Of a stretch of DNA of 64,000 nt, positions 19,938 to 29,535 are shown piece after piece; position 1 is the first letter of the stretch; each line of letters begins with the position of its first letter. A program made the translations under genes and the position numbers. Origin of the DNA: Candidatus Eiseniibacteriota bacterium (lineage in GTDB: Bacteria > Eisenbacteria > RBG-16-71-46 > CAIMUX01 > VGJL01); contig JBHGAY010000002.1 in NCBI GenBank assembly GCA_041946735.1, positions 160,001 to 224,000 of the forward strand, in the 5' to 3' direction. Under the pieces are notes generated by a model. That model searched no databases. It was given only the letters and a program-made list of their open reading frames with translations, and was not told the origin of the DNA.

Positions 19938-19971
19938 GATCGAGGGATCGAGGGATCGAGGGATAGCGAGG
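19938..19971 (+). repeat. GATCGAGG octamer tandem repeat
   Basis: Three exact copies plus one degenerate copy directly after the uvrA stop. Confidence 0.8.
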
Positions 19972-20207
19972 AAGCTCAGGGTCGGTCGAAGCTGCCGGAC
20001 CCAGGACCAGCACCAACCTCTCGTACGCCGGTTTATCGACCGTGCACAGCCTGCGTAATTCATGAAGAATGACCTCGATGTAATGAACTTTCGAACGTAA
20101 CTTGATTTACAATCCGCGCCAGTGGGCCGGGAATCGTCCCGGCATCCGGCTACTCCCAGACTCGCTACCCCGGGCCGATCTCCTCGCCCGGGACACGTAG
20201 GAGCGCC

Positions 20208-21365
20208 GTGAAAGAATCCGCTTCGGAAGTTCAGGTCCTGATCGTGTCGGACTCGAAGGAGCAGATTCGGAGGATCGAATCGGCTCTACGTGACAGCTCC
20301 TCGCCTGAACTCTCGTTCATGCCGGTGCCGCTCGCGCGGCTCGATGACGCGTTGCTCGACCGCGCCTGGGATGTCGCGGTCTGCGCTCCTCCCCCGCTCA
20401 CGATCGCCCCGGATCTGCTTGCGCGCTTGCGCGCGGTCGGCTCCCCACGTCCGGTGATCGGAATGGTGGAGGGCGACGCCGAGGAGATCGCGGCGCGGAC
20501 GATCCGCGAGGGAGGAAGCGGCTGTCTCGCGACCTCCCGCCTCGACCAGCTCCCGCACCTGATCGAGGAGGCGTTGCGCGAGGACCGGACCCGGCGGGAC
20601 GAGCGTCGACGGATCGAACAGGAGAAGATCGAGTCGATCCGCGAGCTCGCGTCGGGCGTCTCCCACGAAGTCAAGAATCCGCTCACCGTCATCCTGATGG
20701 GGATCGACTTCCTCTCGCGCAAGACGCGCTCCCAAGACGAGGAGATGCTCGCCGTTCTGAAGGACATGGGGGACGCGGTCCGCCGCGTCAACGAGGTGAT
20801 CCTCGGGCTGCGGGAGCTGGCGGCGCCGCAAGCGATCGAGCTGCGGAACGAATCGATCGTCGATGTTCTGGAACGCGCGCTCCGTCAGGTGCGCCACGAG
20901 TTCGAGAAGGCCGGCATCACGGTGCGCCGGGAGATCGATCCGTCGATCGCTCCGTTCCCGCTCGACGGGACGAAGATGGAGCAGGCGTTCGTCAACCTGC
21001 TGCTCAGCTCCTCGCAGGCGATGCCGCAGGGAGGGACGATCCGGATCCGCATCCTCGAGAGGGGCGAGGGGGACCCTGGCTCGGGCGCCGGGGGCCGCAC
21101 GCTCCAGATCGAGATCGAGGACGACGGTTCGAGTGTGCCGGAGCAGGAGATCGAGCATCTCTTCGATCCGTTCTATGCCTCGAAGACCGCGGGGCGCGGA
21201 ACCGGCGTCGCATTGACCGTAGTCAAGCGGATCGTCGAGATGCACGGCGGTTCGGTTCGGCTGCAGAACCGGCGCGAGGGGGGCGTGCAGATGACCCTGT
21301 CGCTTTCGAGCCCCGGGCAGGAGGAGCCGGCGGCGCTCCTGCGGGGGCGGGAGCGCTCCTCGTGA
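20208..21365 (+). CDS. Cytoplasmic pseudo-REC + histidine kinase (HisKA/HATPase)
   Basis: H-box SHEVKNPL, F-box LFDPF, degenerate N/G boxes; N-terminal REC-like domain lacks the Asp. Confidence 0.85.
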   Translation: MKESASEVQVLIVSDSKEQIRRIESALRDSSSPELSFMPVPLARLDDALLDRAWDVAVCAPPPLTIAPDLLARLRAVGSPRPVIGMVEGDAEEIAARTIREGGSGCLATSRLDQLPHLIEEALREDRTRRDERRRIEQEKIESIRELASGVSHEVKNPLTVILMGIDFLSRKTRSQDEEMLAVLKDMGDAVRRVNEVILGLRELAAPQAIELRNESIVDVLERALRQVRHEFEKAGITVRREIDPSIAPFPLDGTKMEQAFVNLLLSSSQAMPQGGTIRIRILERGEGDPGSGAGGRTLQIEIEDDGSSVPEQEIEHLFDPFYASKTAGRGTGVALTVVKRIVEMHGGSVRLQNRREGGVQMTLSLSSPGQEEPAALLRGRERSS

Positions 21366-21470
21366 GCGGCTCGGGAGTTCTTCGGTAGGTTCGAGAAGTT
21401 GGAACGTTCGTGAAGTGTCGAGAGGTTCGAAAAGGCCGGGAAGTACGGTGTGAACGGGCGCCGGCCACGC

Positions 21471-21519
21471 GAGAGAGAGCGGAGAACGGAAAACGGAGAA
21501 TGTGAACGTGGACGTGAAC
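21471..21519 (+). repeat. Short purine-rich heptamer/hexamer repeats (CGGARAA x3, GTGRAC x3)
   Basis: Directly visible in the intergenic region. Confidence 0.55.
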
Positions 21520-21581
21520 AAGGATCGCGGACCTTTCGTGCTCGGGTTCCCTGAGGGAAGCACAGGATTCGGAGGTGGACC

Positions 21582-22358
21582 ATGCGGATCTTGGTAGTCG
21601 AGGACGATGCGCGCGTAGCGAGTTTCATTCGGCGCGGGCTGCGGGAGGCGCAGTACGTCGTCGATCTTGCCACCGACGGGGAGCAGGGGCTCTACATGGC
21701 GCAGGAGGGAGACTACGACCTCATCGTGCTCGATGTCCTGCTGCCGAAGAAGAACGGCTTCGAAGTGGTCAAGTCGCTGCGGGACCAGTCGAACACGGTG
21801 CCGGTCCTGATCCTCACCGCTCGTGAGGGGATGAAGGACAAGGTGGCTGGCCTCGACTCGGGAGCCGACGACTATCTGACGAAGCCGTTCGGCTTCGAGG
21901 AGCTGCTGGCGCGCGTCCGCGCTCTGCTGCGGCGGCGCGGATACGAGGTGCAAACGGTCCTGAAGGCAGGCGACCTCGAGCTGGACACGCTGCGGCGAAA
22001 GGCGATGCGGGGTGGCAAGCAGCTCACCCTGACGAACCGCGAGTACGGGCTGCTCGAGTTCCTGCTCCGCAGGCCGAACCAGGTCGTGACGCGGACGATG
22101 CTCGCCGAGCACGTTTGGGAGCAGGACTTCGATCCGTTCTCGAACGTGATCGACGTCCACATCGCCCGCCTGCGCCGCAAGATCGACGACAGCTTCGAGC
22201 CGAAGCTTCTGCAAACCGTGCGAGGAAGCGGATACATGCTTCAGGTTCCGCAGTCTCTGGAGCAGCCGAACTTGACGGCGCAGGGTCAGGGCCCGGCGCA
22301 GGAGAGTGGGGCGGCCGTGCACAAGGCTCCCGCGGAGCCAACCGGAGCAGAAGGATAG
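21582..22358 (+). CDS. OmpR-family response regulator (CusR/CzcR-like)
   Basis: MRILVVEDD, LDVLLP, GADDYLTKPF, NVIDVHI.RLRRK, TVRGSGY; GGAGG RBS. Confidence 0.95.
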   Translation: MRILVVEDDARVASFIRRGLREAQYVVDLATDGEQGLYMAQEGDYDLIVLDVLLPKKNGFEVVKSLRDQSNTVPVLILTAREGMKDKVAGLDSGADDYLTKPFGFEELLARVRALLRRRGYEVQTVLKAGDLELDTLRRKAMRGGKQLTLTNREYGLLEFLLRRPNQVVTRTMLAEHVWEQDFDPFSNVIDVHIARLRRKIDDSFEPKLLQTVRGSGYMLQVPQSLEQPNLTAQGQGPAQESGAAVHKAPAEPTGAEG

Positions 22359-22422
22359 AGAAAGGCCAGAGATCCCCGGCAAGAACCGCGCTGAGATTCC
22401 GCTCCCGGCGCGCGGATTCGAT

Positions 22423-22534
22423 CGTTTGCCCGTTGGCCTTTGGCCCCTTGCCCGTCGCTCTTTGGCCGTTGCCTGACGCTCGCCGGCCGTTGTCCGTTGG
22501 CCGTTGCCCGTTGGCCGTTGCCCGTTGGCCGTCT
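22423..22534 (+). repeat. Heptamer tandem array (SCCGTTG consensus), about 16 units
   Basis: Strict 7-bp periodicity: gccgttg/cccgttg/tccgttg. Confidence 0.85.
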
Positions 22535-22804
22535 TGGCCGGCCGACCAGCCCTCCGATCGATCGATGGATCGATTGCCGGATAGACAATCGATCGGGCGC
22601 ATGGCGAGCCGCTTCGGATAGTTCCACCTCGGCTCCCCGTCGCGATTCGCGGCGGGGAGCCTCGTTCCATGGCCCCTTCTTTCCCTCCTCTCCTTCTCCC
22701 TTCCTCCCTCCTTCCCCGGCGAGGATGAAGCAGATGTAACAGCCGTTTCATCGTCACGTCATCTCGCCCTCCTATAGTTCTCGACAGGGAAAGGAGAAGA
22801 GACC

Positions 22805-23020
22805 GTGTTGCGGACTGCCAAGGACGGGCGCGAGGAGTGCCCTTACTGCGGGGCCGCCCTCTACTCCGCGTCCGAGCTTCAGAAGCACCAGATGTCGTGC
22901 ACGCTCTTGTTGGAGAACACGGAAGGCATCGAGACCGGCGACGAGAACGAGGCCGGTAGTCCTGTCGAGGAAGGGCATCCTGTGGAACTGGCGCCGGCGC
23001 GTTCTCGCCGGCCGTCCTGA
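22805..23020 (+). CDS. Small C2HC zinc-finger protein
   Basis: Strong AAGGAG RBS and an upstream TATAGT -10-like box; C-x2-C-x12-H-x3-C followed by an acidic tail. Confidence 0.7.
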   Translation: MLRTAKDGREECPYCGAALYSASELQKHQMSCTLLLENTEGIETGDENEAGSPVEEGHPVELAPARSRRPS

Positions 23021-23431
23021 CCGCCTCAAGACAGGGCGCCGCGCGGACATTGCGGGATCGGTCCGGAAGATGGGACGGGCGCAATAGATTCGGCCGGGAA
23101 CCGAGCGGTTCCAATGCGACCGCCTCACTGCTCCCGGAAGCGTGATCCGGAAGCCGCGATCGAGGAGGCAGGGGTGGGAAGACGTTTCCGACCCAGCGGC
23201 AAGGTGGTACCCAAGGTCAACTGCCTGTCCTCGATCGCGGCTTGCTCGTAGTCGTCGAAGAACAACGAGAAGACAACGAGTGGAACGAGCCGTAGGGGCG
23301 CCCCTGTGCGTTCGCCGCACACGCCGTTCCTGTTACCGCATCCGCTTCCTGTGCGTTTGCTTCGGCGTCTCCTCGATCGACACCTCTCTGGCGCGGCGGC
23401 CGCGGCGGAGAAGGCTCCGCGGAAAGGGGCG

Positions 23432-23620
23432 ATGATGACGATCGTGGTTACCCTCTGCCTCGCGGCCATCCTGGCGTTCGTCGGCCTTCTCGCCGGGCCG
23501 CCCGAGATCGCCCGCGCTTCTCAGGCGCTCTTCCTCTGCGCCCTCATCTTCACAGCGATCGCCTTGCTGTTTGCCCCCGACCGCGCGACCGAGATCAAAA
23601 CGAGGCACCGAAGATCCTGA
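23432..23620 (+). CDS. Small two-TM membrane protein, DUF1328-like
   Basis: AAGGGG RBS; two hydrophobic helices separated by GPPEIARASQALF. Confidence 0.55.
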   Translation: MMTIVVTLCLAAILAFVGLLAGPPEIARASQALFLCALIFTAIALLFAPDRATEIKTRHRRS

Positions 23621-23896
23621 GCCTCCGATCCTGAGCCTCGACCGCTTCGAACCGTCCTGGTCGCCACTCACGCATCGCCGTCCCCGCTGACCGGCCACCG
23701 GTTTTCGCGCTCTCGGGAGTTCGGTCCCCGATCGCCCGGGTGGCCCTTGCGCGCCATCACGCCTCGATTCACCATGCTTCGGAGCCAAGAGGGATTTCGG
23801 GTCGCGAACGCCGCGGCCGGTCCCTCCCTCGGTCCCCGGACCGTCGATCCTCTCCTCCGGCGACCGAGACCGGAGCATGCCGAACGGAGGTCCCGG

Positions 23897-26143
23897 ATGC
23901 CGCCGCGTTCCCGCCGATCCCGCCCGAAGCCCGCCGGACGCTCTCCTCGTTCTCCCCGTCGTGCGTCGACCCTGCCTCCCTCCGAGAAGCCCCGGCGCGG
24001 CCGCGATCGCTTGACGGCCGAGATCCTCTGGAGCCTTCCGAGAGTCGGCGAGCCGTGCGTGGCTGCCGCGGGGGACCGCCTGGTCGTCCCGGTGACGACC
24101 TACTCCATGGAGAAGAACGAGGGGAAGACGCGGCTCTGGCTGATCCCGGGGGATGCGGCGGGCGCGGGCCGGGGAGGGCGAGGGGACGCGGCACGACCGC
24201 TCACCTCCGCCGATACCTCGTCGACGCAGCCCGCGCTCAGCCCGGACGGCACGAAGCTTCTGTTCGTCCGCAAGGCGCCGCGCGGCTCCTCCTCGTCGGC
24301 GACCGACGCGGGCCAGCCCCCCGAGGCGCCGCAGCTCTTCCTGATGACGCTCGAAGGCGGCGAGCCCGAGAGGCTCACCGATCTCCCCTTTGGCGTGGCC
24401 GATCCGCGCTGGTTTCCCGACGGCCGCCGGGTCGCCTTCCTCGCGCCGGTCTTCGCAAGCGATCCCTCGATCGAAGGAACGGAGAAACGCGCGAAGAAGC
24501 TCGACGACGATCCGGTGAAGGTCCGCGTGACCGAAGACCGCGTCTACCGCTATTGGGACCACTGGTTGACCGACGGGAAGGTCCATCATCTCTTCGTCCT
24601 CGACCTCGCGACGCGCGCGATGAGCGACCTGACGCCCGAGTCGGATCGCTGGTTCGACCTGGACGATCCGTCCGATCAGTACCGGATCGCCCCGGACGGT
24701 TCGGAGATCGTCTTCTCCGCCTGTCGCACGCGACCGCCACACATGCTCCTGCAGTGGGGCATCTACCGCGTCGCCGTGCCCGCGCGGCTCTCTCCCCGCT
24801 CGGCGCCGCGCGCCCGCGAGCTCACGGGCGGCAAGTGGGCCCAAGCGCTTCGCCCCGTCTATTCCCCCGATGGACGATGGATCCTGTATGGGATGCAGCG
24901 TGAGGTGGACTTCTATGCAGACAAGGTCCGTCTCGTCGCGCTGAACCGGTCCTCGGGCGAGCACCACGTCCTGACGGAGGATTGGGATCTCTCCGCATCC
25001 GGATGGGAGTTCGCGGAAGATTCGTCGCTCGTCTGGCTTCAAGCGGAGGCGGAGGGCCGGACGGCTCTCTTCACGCTTGATTTCGCGGCCGCGCTCCGCG
25101 GAACCGGCAAGCGGGCGATTCGCGAGCGAGTCCGCGGGGGAACGATCGGAGCCCCTCGCGTCGGCGGAGGGAGGGTCTTCGCAAGCCTCTCCAGCCTGGG
25201 ACGGCCGCCCGAGATCGTGCGCTTCGATCCCCGGCGACGAGTGCTGACGGCGATCACGGATTTCACCGGGCCTCGCATGCGACGGATCGAGCTGGCGGAG
25301 GTCGAGGAGGAGGTGTTCCCGGGCGCAAACGGCGAACCGGTGCAGATGTTCCTGCTGCGACCGAAGAGGAGCAGGCCGCCGTCGACGCGCGGCGCCGTCC
25401 AGCGGGGGCGCCGCGCGAGTGAAGCGCTGCCGCTCGTGCACATGGTGCACGGCGGACCGCATGGCGCGTTCCTCGACCAGTGGCACTGGCGCTGGAACGC
25501 GCAGGCATTCGCCGCCCCCGGCTTCCTCGTCGCGATGGTGAACTTTCACGGCTCGACGGGCTGGGGGCAGAAGTTCTGCGCGTCGATCCAAGGGAGCTGG
25601 GGGGACGCGCCGTACCGGGACGTGATGGCGGCGACGGATCGACTCATCGAGCGCGGCCTCGTCGATCCCAGGCGGATGGCGGTCGCGGGCGGCTCCTACG
25701 GCGGGTATCTCGCCTGCTGGATCGCTTCGCAGACCGACCGGTTCGCGGCGATCGTGAATCACGCCGGCGTGTCGGACTTCCAGACGCAGTACGCCACCGA
25801 CTTGACGCAAGGCCGTCCACGCGCGATGGGCGGATCGCTCTGGGACGACATCGAGGGGATGGACCGATACAACCCGATCCGGCATGCCGCAGGCTTCCGC
25901 TCCCCGATGCTCGTCATCCACGGGGAGCGAGACTATCGGGTGCCTTACGATCAGGGGCTCGAGGTCTACAACGTGTACAAGGCGCGAGGCCTCCCTGCCC
26001 GCCTCGTCTGCTATCCCGACGAGAATCACTGGATCTTGAAGCCGCGGAACAGCCGGCACTGGTACGCCGAGGTGCTGAGCTGGCTCGAGCGGTGGCTGCG
26101 TGCCGGATCCGCCCGGCGGGGGGCATCGGCCGCGGAGAGATAG
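23897..26143 (+). CDS. S9 family peptidase (acylaminoacyl/dipeptidyl aminopeptidase)
   Basis: TolB-like SPDG propeller repeats, HGGP, GGSYGG nucleophile, HGERDYRV, DENHW; GGAGG RBS. Confidence 0.93.
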   Translation: MPPRSRRSRPKPAGRSPRSPRRASTLPPSEKPRRGRDRLTAEILWSLPRVGEPCVAAAGDRLVVPVTTYSMEKNEGKTRLWLIPGDAAGAGRGGRGDAARPLTSADTSSTQPALSPDGTKLLFVRKAPRGSSSSATDAGQPPEAPQLFLMTLEGGEPERLTDLPFGVADPRWFPDGRRVAFLAPVFASDPSIEGTEKRAKKLDDDPVKVRVTEDRVYRYWDHWLTDGKVHHLFVLDLATRAMSDLTPESDRWFDLDDPSDQYRIAPDGSEIVFSACRTRPPHMLLQWGIYRVAVPARLSPRSAPRARELTGGKWAQALRPVYSPDGRWILYGMQREVDFYADKVRLVALNRSSGEHHVLTEDWDLSASGWEFAEDSSLVWLQAEAEGRTALFTLDFAAALRGTGKRAIRERVRGGTIGAPRVGGGRVFASLSSLGRPPEIVRFDPRRRVLTAITDFTGPRMRRIELAEVEEEVFPGANGEPVQMFLLRPKRSRPPSTRGAVQRGRRASEALPLVHMVHGGPHGAFLDQWHWRWNAQAFAAPGFLVAMVNFHGSTGWGQKFCASIQGSWGDAPYRDVMAATDRLIERGLVDPRRMAVAGGSYGGYLACWIASQTDRFAAIVNHAGVSDFQTQYATDLTQGRPRAMGGSLWDDIEGMDRYNPIRHAAGFRSPMLVIHGERDYRVPYDQGLEVYNVYKARGLPARLVCYPDENHWILKPRNSRHWYAEVLSWLERWLRAGSARRGASAAER

Positions 26144-26225
26144 GCCTCGCTTGGACGGCCGGTCGCTCTGGCTCCCGAATCGGCGGGCAGGCGCAGCCGG
26201 CCGATGGGATCGCGAGCGCGTCTCG

Positions 26226-26756
26226 TCAGGCGGCGCCCTGCGCCGGGGGCGCGCTTCGCGTTTTGTTCGGATCACGCCGCGCGGGCGGCGAGGACACGCG
26301 CGCAAGCGCCGCTCGAATGCGCGCGGCGATCTCCTCGCGTTGCGCATCGTTCTCGTAAGGGTTCCGTGGCCAGAAGAAGCCCTTGAGACCGTCGCCACGG
26401 CGACGGGGCACGATGTGCGCGTGCAGGTGCGGCACGCTCTGGCTGACGCGATGATTGACAGCGAGAAAGGCCCCTTGCGCTCCCAGAGACTCCTCCACGG
26501 CGGTCGCCAGGTCGCGCATGGCGAGCAGGAACGGAGCCGCCAGGTCCTCCGGCAGGTCGGCGATGGTCGGAACGTGGCGCCGCGGGATCAGCAGGACGTG
26601 CCCCGGGAAGAGCGGCCTGTGATCGAGAAACGCCAGGAGCCGCTCCGTCTCGAACACGACGCTCGCCGGCCTCTCTCCCTCGACGATCGCGCAGAATGCA
26701 CATTCCGGCGCCGGGACCTCAGGCGAACTTTCTTCGGACCGTTCCATCCGTGCCAT
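26226..26756 (-). CDS. HIT family hydrolase
   Basis: CAFC, PLFPGHVLLIP, QSVPHLHAHIVPR. Confidence 0.9.
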   Translation of the reverse strand: MARMERSEESSPEVPAPECAFCAIVEGERPASVVFETERLLAFLDHRPLFPGHVLLIPRRHVPTIADLPEDLAAPFLLAMRDLATAVEESLGAQGAFLAVNHRVSQSVPHLHAHIVPRRRGDGLKGFFWPRNPYENDAQREEIAARIRAALARVSSPPARRDPNKTRSAPPAQGAA

Positions 26757-27163
26757 CCTCCTCTTCCTCTTCCTCTTCGTGCGGGATTCCCTCGTACGGC
26801 GATCGAACGGCGGACGGACGAAGCGCCTCGCCGAACGAGAGCCGGAGAGCCGGCCGGGACGCAACCGAACGCCTCGCCTCGCGATCGATCCAGGATCGTA
26901 TCGGGGACCGCGCGCGCGAGGGAAGGATTCGAGACCGCGGACGCCAACGTGCTTGGCGGAAAGCCCTCCGACAAGCGAATGTTGAGGAAACCCGATCCGG
27001 TCTCGCCGGCTCCCCCGGCCACGCTCGGAAGCGAGGCCCAAGCCAGCTGGTCAGACTCCAGCGCCTCGAGGCCACGCGGCGTGGCACGGCGGCGGTGGCA
27101 GGCAGTCCGGATCCCCTTCGAAAACCGGAATGCGACCTCTCGTCAGCGCATCGGAGGGCTCCC

Positions 27164-27631
27164 ATGATGATGCGAACGCGCCCGTCCCGTCTCCGGATCC
27201 TGTCCCGGCTCCGCCTGCTTGCGGTCCTCGTCCTGCCGCTCGCGCTTCTCGTCCTTCCGGCCACGCGGTCGGTCGCAGACCCGGCGGGCGATTCCCCGCT
27301 CGGCCCGCTCGACGCCGCTCGGATCGGAACGACGATGCAGAGCCACGACGCGGCCATTGAATCCGACCGTCACGACGTCCTCACGCTGCTCCGGCAGCCG
27401 GCAGTCCGATCGATCGCCTCGGACGCCGGACTCGACGTCGGTCGAGCCGAAGCGCGGGTGCGGGCGATGAACGGCGATCAACTGGCCCGGGTCGCGCCTC
27501 AGGCGCGCGAGGCGATGCAAGCGATCGAGTCGGCGCAGGCGATTCACGGCGCGGACACGCTCGTAATCTCGGCCACGACGCTGATCATCGTCCTGTTGAT
27601 CATCATCCTGATCCTTGTGCTGGCGGATTAG
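27164..27631 (+). CDS. PA2779-family-like secreted protein with C-terminal hydrophobic helix
   Basis: Signal peptide; LLRQPAVR...GLDVGRAEARVRAMNGDQL; HGA-DTLVI followed by a long hydrophobic tail. Confidence 0.7.
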   Translation: MMMRTRPSRLRILSRLRLLAVLVLPLALLVLPATRSVADPAGDSPLGPLDAARIGTTMQSHDAAIESDRHDVLTLLRQPAVRSIASDAGLDVGRAEARVRAMNGDQLARVAPQAREAMQAIESAQAIHGADTLVISATTLIIVLLIIILILVLAD

Positions 27632-29342
27632 GGCCGAACGACGAGGCGCCCAGGACGGCCGGTGGCGGCTCGGGATCGCCGCGCTGCTGCTCATCGGAGC
27701 CAGCGCCTCGCGAGCGGCGTCCACGACGACATCGGCTCCGGAGGCGATGCTCGCCGACTCGCTGCGCCGCGAGGGGGTGATCGCCGCACGCGCGGGGAAC
27801 CTCGCGGCGGCCGACTCGCTTCTCGAGACGGCCCTGCGCCTCGCTCCTGGGTCTCCGCCGGTGCATCGCGCCCTCGCCGGCCTTCGCTTTCTCGAACAGG
27901 ACTGGGAAAGGGCTGCCGATCACGCGGAGACGGCGATCGCGCTCGGCGGCGCCGACTCCTCGATCGTCTCCCTGCTCGGCGCATGCCGCTATCTGCGCGG
28001 AGACCCGGCGAGAGCGCTCGAGTCCTGGAACCGGATCGGCTGCCCGAGAGTCGATTCCCTCTCGCTCGCGTCGGTGCCGGAGGCGCGGCGCCCCTTGCTG
28101 AAAGGCCTCCTCGGAGTCCCGCCGCGCGGGATCCTGGAAGCGGGCGCCTACCGTAGGGGCCTGCGCCGTCTGGGATCGCTGCCATCCGCGGACGCCGCCG
28201 CCCTCCGACTCCATCCTCGCGAGGATGGAAGCGTATCGATCGAAGCGGTGCTCTCCGAGGCGCCGGCGCTTCCGCGCGATCCCTGGTCCTGGGGATCCAT
28301 TGCGGCACGCGCGGGGCTCGATCGCTTCGCTCGCGTTTCGGCGGGCGGGCTTCTGGGGCGGGGAGAGAGGATCGCGATCGCCGGCCGCTGGGGCAGCGCG
28401 AGACAAGCGGCGGCGGTCTCCCTCGCGCTTCCGGCGAATGCGGCGCTGACGGTGCTGTCGAAGGTGGAGCACGAACGAGAGAGCTACACCGGAGCCAGCC
28501 TGGCGGCGCCGGTCGAGGAGAGGACATCGCTCCGGCTGCTCGCGGGTGGTTGGCGCAGCGGGTCTTTGTGGCTCGCCGGCGGCGCGACCGCAGAAGCCGC
28601 GCGAGCGGCAGGCGAGCCCGGCGAACCCAGCGAGCATGCGGGCGACGGCGCGCACCCGGGCACCGGACGGCCGGCACTGCGTGTCGGGCCGGCGGCCGCG
28701 GCCGGCTGGCTCGATCCGTCAGAGCATCTGGCCGTCCTGCTTTCCGCCTCGGCTCCTCGAGGAGTGGCGAACGCGGCGGGGTACGGCGCCGCCAGCCTCG
28801 CTCTCGCCTGGCGCGCGGCGGCGAGCGAAGAGCGATCCGCCGTTTCGCTGAACGCCCGAGGCGCGCTGCGCGCGGTGAGCCGGGGGGCGCCGGCGCTCGA
28901 GCTGGCTGGAGCCGGCTCGGGCTCGATCCGTCCCTTCCTGCTTCGCTCGCACGACGTCACGCGCGGCGGACGGATCGACCGGGAAGCGCTCGGCTCGCGA
29001 TTCGCTTCCGCCGGTATCGATCTTCTCGGCCCCGGCTTCTGGTTCGGGCCGGCGGGACTTCGCTTCGTCCTCTTCACGGAAGGCGCAAGCTGGAAGACCG
29101 CGACCGGTTCTTCGCGCTCGGCGGCATGCGGCGGAGTCGAGGCGCGCATCGCCCTCGCGGGCGGCGGCGGATCGCTCTCGATCGCCCGCGCCTTCGGATG
29201 GACGGACCGCTCCGCTTCCTGGTCGTTGTCATGGAGCCCGCCATGGCCAGCCCTCCCGGGAAGCGGCGGGGCCGGCGCGAGTGGCGCAACCGGGATCGAT
29301 GGACTGGCCGCCGAGGCTTTCGGAAGAGGCGTCAGCCGGTGA
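27615..29342 (+). CDS. Putative TPR-containing outer-membrane/secreted protein
   Basis: Signal-like N-terminus, TPR-like helices, beta-strand-like aromatic-rich C-terminal half. Start uncertain. Confidence 0.5.
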   Translation: MCWRIRAERRGAQDGRWRLGIAALLLIGASASRAASTTTSAPEAMLADSLRREGVIAARAGNLAAADSLLETALRLAPGSPPVHRALAGLRFLEQDWERAADHAETAIALGGADSSIVSLLGACRYLRGDPARALESWNRIGCPRVDSLSLASVPEARRPLLKGLLGVPPRGILEAGAYRRGLRRLGSLPSADAAALRLHPREDGSVSIEAVLSEAPALPRDPWSWGSIAARAGLDRFARVSAGGLLGRGERIAIAGRWGSARQAAAVSLALPANAALTVLSKVEHERESYTGASLAAPVEERTSLRLLAGGWRSGSLWLAGGATAEAARAAGEPGEPSEHAGDGAHPGTGRPALRVGPAAAAGWLDPSEHLAVLLSASAPRGVANAAGYGAASLALAWRAAASEERSAVSLNARGALRAVSRGAPALELAGAGSGSIRPFLLRSHDVTRGGRIDREALGSRFASAGIDLLGPGFWFGPAGLRFVLFTEGASWKTATGSSRSAACGGVEARIALAGGGGSLSIARAFGWTDRSASWSLSWSPPWPALPGSGGAGASGATGIDGLAAEAFGRGVSR

Positions 29343-29535
29343 GCGACGGGGCGATGGGTCCGCCGGTAAGCGAGAGACGAGGCCGGCACATGAGCGACAG
29401 AGGACCGGAGCCACATCGCTGAACCGCGCCGCCCGCCGCCGCTTCTCGGATCCAGGGGGACGGGATCGACGAGAAGGGCGGCCGGGCCTCGGCGCGGCGG
29501 AATGGGCCGTGCGCGGGACGTGCGCGGGAAGGAGA

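Noticed and set aside
20100..20115. FNR box (TTGAT-N4-ATCAA)
   Set aside because: Only the left half-site matches (TTGAT-TTAC-AATCC)
22423..22534. CRISPR array or coding repeat protein
   Set aside because: Contiguous 7-bp units with no spacers; the overlapping ORFs are low-complexity shadows
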